64,000 bases of DNA from a virus. The DNA lies in IMG/VR virus record IMGVR_UViG_3300037155_000096. One strand, given 5' to 3'. Both the position numbers and the translations under genes were made by a program. The stretch's first letter is position 1. Every line of letters starts with the position of its first letter. Under the pieces are notes generated by a model. That model saw only the letters and a list, made by a program, of their open reading frames with translations. It ran no database searches and was not told the origin of the DNA. Shown one piece after another: positions 1 through 10,400 of this stretch.

Positions 1-536
1 TTCTTTGCCGAAGTGAACGTATCCGTATTCGGAAGGTGCATCTGACTCCAGATCTCTGCGACCAGACTTGTATTCGTAGTGTGCGGTACCGACCATTGAA
101 TAGCTCCGCTTACTACACTTGCTATTTGCAGGTGAAACACCGTGGACGTATCTGCTGGCATCGTAGCATTTCTTGAAAGGACTCCTGAACAAGTCTTTCC
201 ACTCACAGTAAACGTTGCAAAAATCTTATCTCCGTTTACCGCCGTACCAGATAGTGTCTGCGTAACGACATCAAGGTACATGTTCTTATACAGGATTCTT
301 CCCGCCTGCGTAACCGTCACGGCTCCGGGGATTGCCAGATCTACACCGACGGACATTCCTCCCAATGCTTTATGGAATATCTCCTTAAACAGACTTTGAC
401 CAGCGTTAATGGCGTACTCGGCATTGTCTGCCGCATCTTTCGCTAGCAAATTGATGAAGGCATCATTTAACGGATCTCCATCAGCCAGTTTGGATAACGG
501 ATTATGGTACGTATTATTCGGTGTGTAGGTATTCAT
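1..536 (-). CDS. Partial (runs off window) tail/baseplate-distal structural protein, possibly tail fibre-related
   Basis: Not in ORF track. Manual translation from ATG at 536 (MNTYTPNNTYHNPLSKLADGDPLND...) is open to the window edge, with an SD-like AAGGA upstream. It follows the baseplate genes. Confidence 0.6.
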   Translation of the reverse strand, partial: MNTYTPNNTYHNPLSKLADGDPLNDAFINLLAKDAADNAEYAINAGQSLFKEIFHKALGGMSVGVDLAIPGAVTVTQAGRILYKNMYLDVVTQTLSGTAVNGDKIFATFTVSGKTCSGVLSRNATMPADTSTVFHLQIASVVSGAIQWSVPHTTNTSLVAEIWSQMHLPNTDTFTSAK

Positions 537-570
537 CTCTCAATATTCCTTAGCATTAAATTTCGTTAAA

Positions 571-1254
571 TTATAAGAGCCGTGGACGTGTCGTCCTTAG
601 CGTCTCAAAGGGCACGCTATCAATCAGTATATGTATCGGCGTGATTCTTTTTACTGCTTCTTCAAGCGATTTATTAAATATCGTATCGGTGGAATCATAT
701 CCCTCCACCTTTATTCTAAGAAGACTTTTAATCTCAGATAACGGACTCAGAAGATGGCTTTCCGCCAATAGATTCGAGCCGGCCTTCATGGGTACTCCCT
801 CTGACTCCCCATCCATTCCACAAGTAAGTTGAATCAGTGTCGTTCCGAGTATATAATGATCGCCGCACTTGGGCCAGTATTCGTAAATTTCCGTAATGTC
901 CGAATTTTTATCGTAACTGCTTATCAGGGTTTGAAAGGCGAGTCGCGTGCCTTTTCTATCAATCCATTTCGAAGCCAACTGAACAAATGCCTTTTGCTTG
1001 TCCATGAAATTTCTATCAACCTGGATATTAAAGTTCTCCGCCATATCCGCTAATTCGCTATCTCTTACCGTGGATCCTCTTTTGGACGCCAGAAGGTCAT
1101 CTGCCGCTAGCTTGAACATCGCCTGTGCTTCCGCCATGACATAAATAAACTTCTTCATGTTATCATCAGCCGCATGATGAGCTGGTATCTGAGACATCAT
1201 GGACTGTGCGATTTCTTCCGTACCCTTGCTATAAACAATATCCATCTGTTCCAT
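571..1254 (-). CDS. Baseplate wedge / tail protein I-like (P2 gpI-type)
   Basis: KWIDRKGTRLAFQTLI resembles the gpI-type 'y..KGT...i...l' motif; lies downstream of the baseplate J-like genes. Confidence 0.55.
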   Translation of the reverse strand: MEQMDIVYSKGTEEIAQSMMSQIPAHHAADDNMKKFIYVMAEAQAMFKLAADDLLASKRGSTVRDSELADMAENFNIQVDRNFMDKQKAFVQLASKWIDRKGTRLAFQTLISSYDKNSDITEIYEYWPKCGDHYILGTTLIQLTCGMDGESEGVPMKAGSNLLAESHLLSPLSEIKSLLRIKVEGYDSTDTIFNKSLEEAVKRITPIHILIDSVPFETLRTTRPRLL

Positions 1255-1898
1255 TACATCCTCCCCGTAAAATGTATTCCGGTTTCATCCTGACACGATT
1301 CTTCAATGGTGACCGTCAGACTTGCTTTCTTAGGCGTTCCGTCCATGAAGAACTTCTGATATTCAATCTGGGCATCTTTTACTATGCCCGTAATGACGTT
1401 GTTCACTTTTCCTACTCTCGATAAGAACTTCATGAGATTCATGGTCTCCGGAAATATTACTCTCACCTGCGGAGGCGGCTCTACGGAGGTATCGGAATAC
1501 TTTGGATAAGTCAATGCCCTCAGCCAGCCCAATGCTCGATCAATGTCTATATTGTAGTTATCAACCTTTTTTATCGTGTCTGCCCCACTGTCCTTGTAAT
1601 CGAATGCGTTTGTGTCAGACGGCTGGGGAAGCAATGCATTATTCACCGAGCCAAGAGACTCCCTGAAAAGCGTTATTGCAAAACTTATTGTCCTGCCGCC
1701 ACCTGACTGCCACATCTGTAAAGGATGCGAACCACCAGGTGTCTGCTTGCTGTCCCAATTCGTAGAGTTTCCATCAGAGATCGTCTCCGGAAAGAACTGA
1801 AGGATCATACGATTGACGCCCTCGATGTTTCCCTTGACCATCTTAATCTTGATATTCGCCTTCTGACTTCTGTCCATGAATTCGATTTTGGTCGACAT
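1254..1898 (-). CDS. Tube-like baseplate initiator (contractile-injection-system tube protein family)
   Basis: QFFPETISD...W...GGSHPLQMWQSGGGRTISFAITLF and PPPQVRVIF motifs typical of CIS tube/initiator proteins. Confidence 0.6.
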   Translation of the reverse strand: MSTKIEFMDRSQKANIKIKMVKGNIEGVNRMILQFFPETISDGNSTNWDSKQTPGGSHPLQMWQSGGGRTISFAITLFRESLGSVNNALLPQPSDTNAFDYKDSGADTIKKVDNYNIDIDRALGWLRALTYPKYSDTSVEPPPQVRVIFPETMNLMKFLSRVGKVNNVITGIVKDAQIEYQKFFMDGTPKKASLTVTIEESCQDETGIHFTGRM

Positions 1899-2650
1899 TA
1901 CAATACCTCAACCGTAAATACTTCATCCAACGAACCAACCCCCTTACTGATTATATGCTCACTCCTGGCTAACAAAAGATTGCCGTACTCATCGATTCCA
2001 CTTTGAGAGTTCTCCACGTAACTGTCGCCACTTGGAAGGTTAATACTTACATTGGCGCTTGAGAGTCCATCTACCAGCTGTATAGCCTCATATATCTCCG
2101 AAAGATATAACGACTGATTGAAATCCCTTCCCCTGACCAGATCAATCATAACCTGCTGAACGTTCCGCCTGACCTCATCCGCCACATAACCTTTTTTTAC
2201 CCTGATGATCGCATCTAAACAGCACTCCACAATCATACCCATTCCCGATGTACTCTCATGCGTTACATTTATAAGCCTTCTTTCATCCAGGTATCCCGAT
2301 AACTCTTCAAGCAAATCATTTCCAGGGGCTACATAAAAACCGTCCTTATCGTATGTCAATGCATAGACGACAACATGGTTAGCATTGCCAGTCGCGGAAA
2401 TTATTCCGCTTACATATGATTTTATCTTTCCCACATCAAAACTTGCGGTCTGCAGGAATGTCTTGATCTCATTTAAGTCAGATTGCATCACCGTTAATTT
2501 CGCTGCATACATATCCCTGAAATTCTTTAAGGTCGATATGGCTGTATTCATCGCACTTACTGAAGTTGCGGCTCTAAGTTTCAGAGCGGAGATCATCGCT
2601 TGCGCATTATTCATCCTCACCGTGAGTTCTATATTTGTCATAATATTCAT
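1898..2650 (-). CDS. Baseplate wedge (J/gp6-like), C-terminal half, preceded by ~85 aa helical segment
   Basis: NHVVVYAL...LLEELSGYLDERRLI...VRRNVQQVMIDL...LYLSEIYEAIQLVDGL is the C-terminal part of baseplate J/gp6. TAATG overlap with upstream ORF and GAGG 10 nt before the ATG. Confidence 0.65.
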   Translation of the reverse strand: MNIMTNIELTVRMNNAQAMISALKLRAATSVSAMNTAISTLKNFRDMYAAKLTVMQSDLNEIKTFLQTASFDVGKIKSYVSGIISATGNANHVVVYALTYDKDGFYVAPGNDLLEELSGYLDERRLINVTHESTSGMGMIVECCLDAIIRVKKGYVADEVRRNVQQVMIDLVRGRDFNQSLYLSEIYEAIQLVDGLSSANVSINLPSGDSYVENSQSGIDEYGNLLLARSEHIISKGVGSLDEVFTVEVL

Positions 2651-4389
2651 TATAATATTGCCTCTGATTGCTGTATGTTCGTAGATACAAGTTTGAGCGC
2701 ATTTTCAATGGCTGTCAGCTGATCCCTTGTCGCCTGAACCTCACCCAACGCTGCTGTCATCACATCTATTAACTCTCCATACTGGTTTTCAAAATCATTA
2801 TCCAGAATAATTTCATTTGCCCTGCCATCAATGACAGTCGAGATTGTCGCCACATCATTTATAAAACTTCCGATTATCGTCGCCAATGGTGAACCGTCAT
2901 CGAGTCCTCTGATAACCTTAGCCTTGGCTTTGGCTATCCTCCCATAAGCTCCCGAGAATGTCGTAGCCAGCGTATCCCAGTCTTCCTGTGTAACCGCCCT
3001 ATCAGAGGTACTGAAAAACTTCGGAGCATTAGCCTTGATCGATTCAAGTGATTCTGCATCTCCGCCACCGACTGCTTCCACTATGTTTGTTACCGTGAAT
3101 TTCACCGTTCCTATTCCCCCTGGACCTGCAACTGTATCAACTGCTTTCGTAATTACGTTAGAAGCCACATTACCAGTCTTGCCCACTCCGATCCTCTTAT
3201 ATACTGTAATGACACTTCCTGCTTCAGGCACCATACCGGTGAGTCCGCTTCCGAAGATAACTGCCGGACTTTCACCGAGATAGTCTACCTCGAATTGTGC
3301 GAGACTTCCGAACTCCAGAGTATCGACCTCCGGCCATTCAGTTTCGCCCACAAACACCTTCACTCCCTTTAACATCCCCTTGCCCTTCGGAATTCCGCCA
3401 AGAATCATTATCTGATTCGATTGTCCCGAGCCTACAAAGGTTTCTACGATGGTCTCTCCCTGAATAACCGCAACATCAGCATAAATATCTTTGAGTAGCG
3501 AGGTCATAACGACATCTGCTGCGGTCTCGAATATAATGCCATTGTCCGTTTTGCATTTCAAACCTTTTGGGAAGGTCACCGTGCCGTGTCCATCACCGAT
3601 CTGCTCAGAGAGCGTCACTCTTATTTTAGAACCTGACGCCACCATCGGGGAGGGCTTATAATTCAAATAGCGTGACAAATCTGAAGCGCTTGAAACAAGT
3701 TTTGCGTCCTTCATTCTCAGTTCGTTTGCAATGAAATTCAGATACCAGGTCATTCCCTCCGACTGATATGACAACACCTCTACCAATAACATTCCTAAAT
3801 CACTTGTAACGAAATTGTTGAAATCATCACCGAAATTTTTCTTTATCAGACTCATTGCCTCATCAGTATAAGTCCACATATCCTTGGCTAAGAAATTCTT
3901 TCTTAGAAACGAATCTCCTGTCATTCTGGAGGAGTCGCTGATTATGCTTCGGTCTTCATACACCTGCCAGTTTGCTATCTGATAATCAAGGACGCCCGCC
4001 TCTGCATGTGTGCCGTCAAAATCATCTGAGGTCGGAGCAATCGTAAATGTACCTCTGCCCATACCTTCATTTGAAGCACCGCCCACTATGACATACACTC
4101 CCTTATTAAGTCCGCTGAGCACATGTAATATCTGCCCGATATATTGATCCGCCTCCGAAACTCCATACGTGGCGACTATAAACGAACCGCTCGATATATC
4201 CGTGAAGGTTAGTCCCGTGTAACCGTGTCCGCTGGCTACTCCACCACCGAGTCCGAGACATATGTAAGCCTTGTCGCCCTGGAAGCCTTGGTTCTTCAGG
4301 TTACTATGTAAGTTCATGGTAAGTCCGCATAATGCATACACAACCGGAGCCTGAACAAACGTGGTGTCTTCTACTATTGTTAAAATCAT
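2650..4389 (-). CDS. Baseplate wedge (J/gp6-like), N-terminal part with ~160 aa N-terminal extension
   Basis: DFNNFVTSDLGMLLVEVLSY, YLNYKPSPMVAS, GGGDAESLESIKANAPKFF and RAVTQEDW motifs of T4 gp6/baseplate J. Confidence 0.85.
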   Translation of the reverse strand: MILTIVEDTTFVQAPVVYALCGLTMNLHSNLKNQGFQGDKAYICLGLGGGVASGHGYTGLTFTDISSGSFIVATYGVSEADQYIGQILHVLSGLNKGVYVIVGGASNEGMGRGTFTIAPTSDDFDGTHAEAGVLDYQIANWQVYEDRSIISDSSRMTGDSFLRKNFLAKDMWTYTDEAMSLIKKNFGDDFNNFVTSDLGMLLVEVLSYQSEGMTWYLNFIANELRMKDAKLVSSASDLSRYLNYKPSPMVASGSKIRVTLSEQIGDGHGTVTFPKGLKCKTDNGIIFETAADVVMTSLLKDIYADVAVIQGETIVETFVGSGQSNQIMILGGIPKGKGMLKGVKVFVGETEWPEVDTLEFGSLAQFEVDYLGESPAVIFGSGLTGMVPEAGSVITVYKRIGVGKTGNVASNVITKAVDTVAGPGGIGTVKFTVTNIVEAVGGGDAESLESIKANAPKFFSTSDRAVTQEDWDTLATTFSGAYGRIAKAKAKVIRGLDDGSPLATIIGSFINDVATISTVIDGRANEIILDNDFENQYGELIDVMTAALGEVQATRDQLTAIENALKLVSTNIQQSEAIL

Positions 4390-4766
4390 TATTTCCTCGG
4401 TAGTGTAAATGTTTCTTCAGTCTGTCCTTTTTCGCCCAGGTACTCGTAGTTAATCGTAACCACGACCTCTCCATCCTCACTTTCGATTACTATATCATCT
4501 GGCATTACTTTCGCTCTTGGCTCATATTTCTGAATTGCACCAAGAATTTCTGACTTCAATTCGGATTGCAGAAATTCCCCATCATTTTCAAAAATCAGTT
4601 CAAGTATATTCGTTCCAAAATCGGGGCGCATTATTCTCTCCCCTTTCTGGGTAAGCAGAATCTCCCTGATGGACTCACCGATCAAATCAGTATCGACATA
4701 AAACGGTGGTATCCCGCTTACGCCTGCATCGAACGTACTTCCAAAACCTTTTATTATACAGTCCAT
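4389..4766 (-). CDS. Baseplate wedge subunit gp25/GPW family
   Basis: SIREILLTQKGERIMRPDFGT...AIQKYEPRA is the gp25 signature. Confidence 0.9.
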   Translation of the reverse strand: MDCIIKGFGSTFDAGVSGIPPFYVDTDLIGESIREILLTQKGERIMRPDFGTNILELIFENDGEFLQSELKSEILGAIQKYEPRAKVMPDDIVIESEDGEVVVTINYEYLGEKGQTEETFTLPRK

Positions 4767-4794
4767 GCCCTTACAAAACAGTTTATTTACTTAA

Positions 4795-4807
4795 TGCAAT
4801 CAATTTC
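4795..4807. repeat. 13-bp intergenic motif TGCAATCAATTTC, copy 1 of 3
   Basis: Exact copies at 4795-4807 (+), 20099-20111 (reverse complement) and 38328-38340 (+), all at gene boundaries. Confidence 0.6.
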
Positions 4808-4809
4808 AC

Positions 4810-5133
4810 TTAACTAATTCTTCCCGCCGAACCCTTTATCGTACCTGTCGCTTTTCCTGGCGCTGACGTACTCCCGGCTTGTGCCGCAGCTGAACCAGTT
4901 GTCGTAACCGCTATGCCCGCTGGGACCGATATGTCCGCTGGATTTACTTCGATCTCCATTGCCGCCGTAACATGTTCAATGACCGCTTTTGCTATCGCAT
5001 TGCTATCCGCTTTCAATCTTGCCTTGACAGCTGCTTTAGTCCCTGCATCTTCTACAGCATCTATTTCACTCTGCATAGCTGCAAGTCTGTTGTCCAAAAT
5101 CATCGTCGTTAGCTTAGAAACATCGAGAGCCAT
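4810..5133 (-). CDS. Small baseplate/spike-tip-associated protein
   Basis: Helical N-terminus plus Gly/Thr/Ala-rich tapered C-terminus (AVTTTGSAAAQAGSTSAPGKATGTI); lies between spike and gp25 genes. Confidence 0.45.
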   Translation of the reverse strand: MALDVSKLTTMILDNRLAAMQSEIDAVEDAGTKAAVKARLKADSNAIAKAVIEHVTAAMEIEVNPADISVPAGIAVTTTGSAAAQAGSTSAPGKATGTIKGSAGRIS

Positions 5134-5137
5134 TTCA

Positions 5138-5935
5138 TTAACCTTCTTTATTCGATAAAAACTTATCTTTCATAGACTTGAACTTCTGAACAAATACTGT
5201 AAGAGCTGCTGGGAACATTGGAACTGGCGCTGCCATATTGCCTACTCCGATGTTCGCCTTGTTCTCATCTACCCATTGTAGATACTCTTCCCTGACGATA
5301 TACTGACCATTCAGCTTCACTCCGTCCTTAGCCATAATAAACGTATTTCCATTGTTATCTGCAATCTTAATTCCATCTTTATCCGACATATACGCATTAC
5401 CAAATTTGTCTGTGAGCGAAACGCATTCTGCGTCCTTTTTATCATCCAATTTTAACTCATGTCCCTTCGGCGATTTGATGTGCATGAAGTTCAGTTCATT
5501 ATCATCATTCTTCTCCGAAAACAAGATCTCGTAGCCGGTTGTCGTTTTAATTCCCCTTACCGAGGGCTTCTTCGTCTGAACATCCTTAAAGGGGACATCA
5601 GCATCACCGTTCCAGAATCCTCCATCATAAAACGGTCTGCCATAATCACCATCGATGAAGGTGACAAATACGTATGCGCCCACTTCCGGAGGGAAAAACT
5701 GCCCCGAGCTATTGCCCACGAAATTACTTTTCGGCGGTATCCATAAATCATAGGGATTGCTGGAATCGTTTGTACTTCCAGGGAAAATCATTCCACAGAG
5801 CTTTACACAACCGGTCTTCATCGGATCTTCATTGTCGGTCACTATACACATATAATGACCATAGTACCTGCCCGTAACATGTCCTAAGCCATATTTTCCT
5901 ATCTCACCTACAAACTGTCTAATTAGTTCTAACAT
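5138..5935 (-). CDS. Baseplate central spike (gp5/gpV/VgrG OB-fold)
   Basis: VTDNEDPMKTGCVK, FFPPEVGAYVFVTFIDGDYGRPFYDGGFW, KTTTGYEI and KSPKGHEL(K)LDD repeats. Confidence 0.85.
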   Translation of the reverse strand: MLELIRQFVGEIGKYGLGHVTGRYYGHYMCIVTDNEDPMKTGCVKLCGMIFPGSTNDSSNPYDLWIPPKSNFVGNSSGQFFPPEVGAYVFVTFIDGDYGRPFYDGGFWNGDADVPFKDVQTKKPSVRGIKTTTGYEILFSEKNDDNELNFMHIKSPKGHELKLDDKKDAECVSLTDKFGNAYMSDKDGIKIADNNGNTFIMAKDGVKLNGQYIVREEYLQWVDENKANIGVGNMAAPVPMFPAALTVFVQKFKSMKDKFLSNKEG

Positions 5936-7188
5936 GTTTCAAATCCATTTATCGTCAGCTCCATATCGTAACTACCTACTAATGAGTATTTGACTCCTCT
6001 AACAAGATGCGGTCTGTTAGTCAGATCTTCCGAGGGAGACAGGAATCTTGCATTCCATCCATAGGGGAAAATTCCCGGATACATAAGCGTAGTGATCTTT
6101 ACTTCGAATGCTCCGACTTTGGTGTCCAGCGGAATCGTTTTCTTTTCATCTACAGCCACATAGGACTGCCCGCTGACTGTGGGCGCCACCCTGGGCACTC
6201 TGTTCAAGCGTTCATCATAACTTTTTTTCGCTCCACCACCGCCGAGCATATCGTTCTGAATTTCAGGCATCCTCGTGACTTCGTCAATCTTTACTTGCGC
6301 ATCTATTTTCTTTCTGTCTGCCGCTAACTGACTGATGGCTATGGCATCATATGAATAATTCAGGATCGGCAGAATAATCGCATCTGACTTGCCGAACTTC
6401 AGGTTGGCGGGCATAAGTTCTCTATCCACCAACGTCAGCTCCTTATTCGCTTTGTAATTTCCAGACAGACTAAGGTCCATCAGTGTCACTTCCAGTTTTC
6501 CCTTCGGTTTTACCGTGACGTTATATCCGATATTAGCTTTTTTCAGGATGTCTTTGAACCACGCAGACAATGTAGTCGCGACAGGCGTACTCGCTGCAAG
6601 CGGCTTTATCTGGGCTAAGTCCTGACTCATGGGCGAGAACGTAAGGTCATAACCCCTTCCTCCGAACTGCCATCTGAATAATTGCTCTATCGTCGTACTT
6701 TTAGGGAATACAAATTCGTTTACAAACGGAACCTGCACCCGCGTTGTTACATTTTTCTCTAAATCGCCCAGAAAGCCACCAACTCCACCGAACGCCTGAA
6801 TAGCCATAGAGCCTTCGAAGCCTCCTGTAATCTTCGGGAGAGCTGTGAGCGTGAATCCTATTAACTCGGACATGATCTCAGGGTAGTAGCCAAACTGGAC
6901 ATATACATACTGGCAAAATTCGGGATTATTATTAACGAACAATTTCTTCGCTCTGTGGATTGCCTTCATCGGAAGTTCCATCGTGAAGTTCAGCTCCGGT
7001 ACTTTCTCAGACTGAAAATCCATATCCATACTCGTGACGAAGGGAGCGACCTGAAACGTCTGGGGATTAAGTTTCTGCCCCATGTAATCGAAGCCATCCA
7101 TGTCCCTGAGAACCTCATACAACAGTTTCGGAACTTCTGTCGCGGTCTTAGCCACATAGAGATATACCATCGGCATCGACATTATCAT
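5929..7188 (-). CDS. Probable baseplate hub (gp27/gpD-like)
   Basis: Position between LysM gene and spike; VYVQFGY and RGVKYSLVGSYDMELTI-type beta motifs; similarity weak. Confidence 0.5.
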   Translation of the reverse strand: MIMSMPMVYLYVAKTATEVPKLLYEVLRDMDGFDYMGQKLNPQTFQVAPFVTSMDMDFQSEKVPELNFTMELPMKAIHRAKKLFVNNNPEFCQYVYVQFGYYPEIMSELIGFTLTALPKITGGFEGSMAIQAFGGVGGFLGDLEKNVTTRVQVPFVNEFVFPKSTTIEQLFRWQFGGRGYDLTFSPMSQDLAQIKPLAASTPVATTLSAWFKDILKKANIGYNVTVKPKGKLEVTLMDLSLSGNYKANKELTLVDRELMPANLKFGKSDAIILPILNYSYDAIAISQLAADRKKIDAQVKIDEVTRMPEIQNDMLGGGGAKKSYDERLNRVPRVAPTVSGQSYVAVDEKKTIPLDTKVGAFEVKITTLMYPGIFPYGWNARFLSPSEDLTNRPHLVRGVKYSLVGSYDMELTINGFETC

Positions 7189-7484
7189 TGTTTCAACTCC
7201 ATTAAATAACTGACCAGGGTTTCAAAAGCCGGTATCCGGATCTTCAAGCCAGCATATAATTCTGTATTTTCTAATTTGATATCATTAGCAAGCGCAATGA
7301 ACCAGTTAAAGTCAGGCGTGTTATAAAACTTCTGCGATATCTTTCCCAGATTATCATGTGGGCCTACGCCATAATAAGTATCAGCATCGTTTATCTTGAC
7401 ATCCGGATAAACTCTAAATGGTCTGAACTGATAGCCTTCCAGTTGCACTCCATCGTTATATGCTAACTGCGATGTATAATTCAT
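7185..7484 (-). CDS. LysM-like baseplate protein (gpX/gp53-like)
   Basis: YYGVGPHDNLGKISQKFYNTPDFNWFIALANDI...LKIRIP LysM pattern, directly after tape measure. Confidence 0.85.
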   Translation of the reverse strand: MNYTSQLAYNDGVQLEGYQFRPFRVYPDVKINDADTYYGVGPHDNLGKISQKFYNTPDFNWFIALANDIKLENTELYAGLKIRIPAFETLVSYLMELKQ

Positions 7485-10400
7485 TATTTTACTCCATTCA
7501 TGATAGCATCTTGTTTCTGATTCTTGGCATCAGTTCTGATTGCCTTTAGTAATCCTTTTTCATCTATCGTAATCGAGAGGGACATTCCATTCTGAAGTCC
7601 TTTCAACGTGTTCGTTAAATCCAACATCATCTGCTTGGTCTGTGGATCGGTCTCTTGCTGATGGAACGCATTACCTTGCACTCCAACAATCGCTGGGGAA
7701 CCATCCGGGGGCGGAGCGGTACTCGTAGTCGTTACAGTTCCAGAACCGGTGGTCATTGTGCCCGAGGTTTTCGTTGCATCTGCCGAAGCCGTATTGATTG
7801 TCGGATCTGGCGGTGTACTGAAATTGTAATCGCTCAGATTCTTGTATACAGCGTCCCGCCTTTTAGTCGTAGAACCGTCTTTATAATCGTCTCTAAGGTG
7901 TACAAGGTCATTCATTTTCTGAATCGTCAGCTGAGAGGCTCCACCTGGCGTAGCGTCACTCATACTTTTGATAATGTCCGTTGCTCTGCCATCGCCATAC
8001 TGATTAGCTAAGTCCGCAAAGTACATTATCGCTTTCTCATCATTTAGTCCAAGACTTTTACCCAGCTTGACATATCTGTCTACATACTGAGTTTGCAGAT
8101 TGTCTTGTACTTTCGAATACTTACTCGCCATGTTCTTATCATCGAACAGAGACTTATAATTGGCCGTCTCACTTTCAGAGAATGTTTTCTTACTCCAATC
8201 ACCGTCCAGAAATCCCTTACCCATCTTATTATCAAAATACGTCGGATCTTGATCGCGCATTTGCCCCATAAGATATCTAGCATTATTGCCGTGCCATTGC
8301 AATTTTCCAAGTGATACGGACTGCTTGCCTTCCTTGCCATCGTTGGGATTAACGGAATCTATGCCACCTTCCATCTTGGAAATCAATGCTGAAGTGTCGG
8401 TTATATTCACATTAGTTGTTCCGCTTGGGCCAGTCGAGATTCCTAGCATCTTCTTTACCCACTCTGGCATAACATCAACAACCCATTGGAATGCTTTTAC
8501 AAACATTCCCTTTATGTTCGACCAGCTGAATATTCCACTGATCGTATCCCATGCTGTCTGGAAGGGGGATGCTATTGCATTCGCTATCACTGAGCCTATC
8601 GACTTTATGCCCTCCCAAATGCCATTGAAAAACGTAGATATCTTAGTCCAGGTGAACATGCCTTTGTCACCGAACAAGAAATTGAAAATGTCTACCCACG
8701 GCTGTATGTAGAAATCATAAAATATGCCGCAACCAACCTTAATCCAGTTCCACAGAGTATCGAGACCTATCTTAATTCCATCCCATATATCGGAGAAGAA
8801 CTTCGAGACTACGTCCCAATGTTTTATTAGTTCGTATGCTCCTACTCCAAGAGCCACAACCGCGGCTATTACTGCAGCTATCGCTATTGCTACCCATCCC
8901 ATCGGACTTGCTAAGAATGCTGTGGTCTGCGCCCACAATGCTGTTACAGACGCCCACACGCCCCCTACGAAGGTCGTGATACCTTCCCATGCAGTCGTTG
9001 CCATCGAAATTCCCCAGGCAATTATTTTCTTTGCATTGTCTAATATCATTCCACCGAACTTTCCTACTGCAGACCATGCATCTCCAATCGCACCCGAGAA
9101 TCTATTCAACGCTCCCATACCCCTGAGAACTGCTCCGCCTAAATTATCCACGATACTTCCGGCTAACTGAACCACCGCACCTGAAGCTTTCTCAGCGAAT
9201 GCCACTGTGCTTGCGATTCCTGCCGATATAACTGACGCCGTGTAAGCAATAATCGCCGGCGTTAGCACCAACGTGATGAATCCAGCCAACACTTTTGCCG
9301 CTGTCCACCATCCACCAAACATTTCCGATAATTTCTTGTCGATCTCAGTGAACATGCCGGCTATCGTCTGGAATCCAGCATTAACTGCTGCTATCAGTAG
9401 ATTCCAAATAGCTGTAGCTGCCGCTCCCCAATTAACCTTTTCAAACCATTTAATTACTATTTCTGTTAGTAAGCCAGCTCCGATGACAATCAACTTGAGC
9501 GCAAGGAATAGACCATCCACCAGAAGTTTACCTACATTACTCCAGTCCACACCGGAGATCCATGTGGCAATCGCTCCTGCGAACCCTATGGCTGCATTTG
9601 CCGCTCCCGCTAGCCCATCAGAGATCATCTCAACAAGAGTGTTCCCTACTTTCTTCCAATCTATCGACTTGAACCAGCCTATTGCTGCGTCAACTGTGGG
9701 AGAGAACATCTTCCATATATCTGTAAATACACCATTATTCCCGCCAAGCGAGGCGAATGCTTTCGTAAAGAATGTTTTCCAGTCTACCTTTGCAAGATCC
9801 GCCAATGCCTTGTCTGGCTTCAAGAAATTCCAGAAATCCGATAACTTGGTGCTAACCCAGACAGCCACTCCCGTCATAGCTGCAAGTACCTGCTGACCGA
9901 TGCCATCCCAATCAACACTTTTTCTCCAATCGCCGAATGCATCCCATAATCCGGATAGGGACTTGTCTACATCCTTGCTCTTAAAGGCATCTGCGAGCAT
10001 CTGGGGGATTCCAAAGAACATATCATTGAACGTATCCCAGACGACCTTACCGACTCGTTCCATCGAAGCAGTTACTTTCTGTTCCAGACTCTTGGAAGAA
10101 TCGTTCCATATCTTCGTAAGGTCTCCTACCGAGCCGATTATATTCCTAATTCCGTAATAGACCAATGACACCCAAAAGAATATCTTACCAAGACCTTTCA
10201 GAAATCCACCCGCAAAAGCATTCTTGAGGAACGGAGATAACTTATCGCCGATCTTACCCAGAATATTGATAACAGGCTTACCCGCCACTACTATTCCAGC
10301 CAATGCCATGAATGCATCGCTAAAAGTTATTCCCAGACCATCCATCATGGTGCCCAGTGGCTTTAATATCTTCGCAAGCGGTGGGAATATTTCGCCCAAT

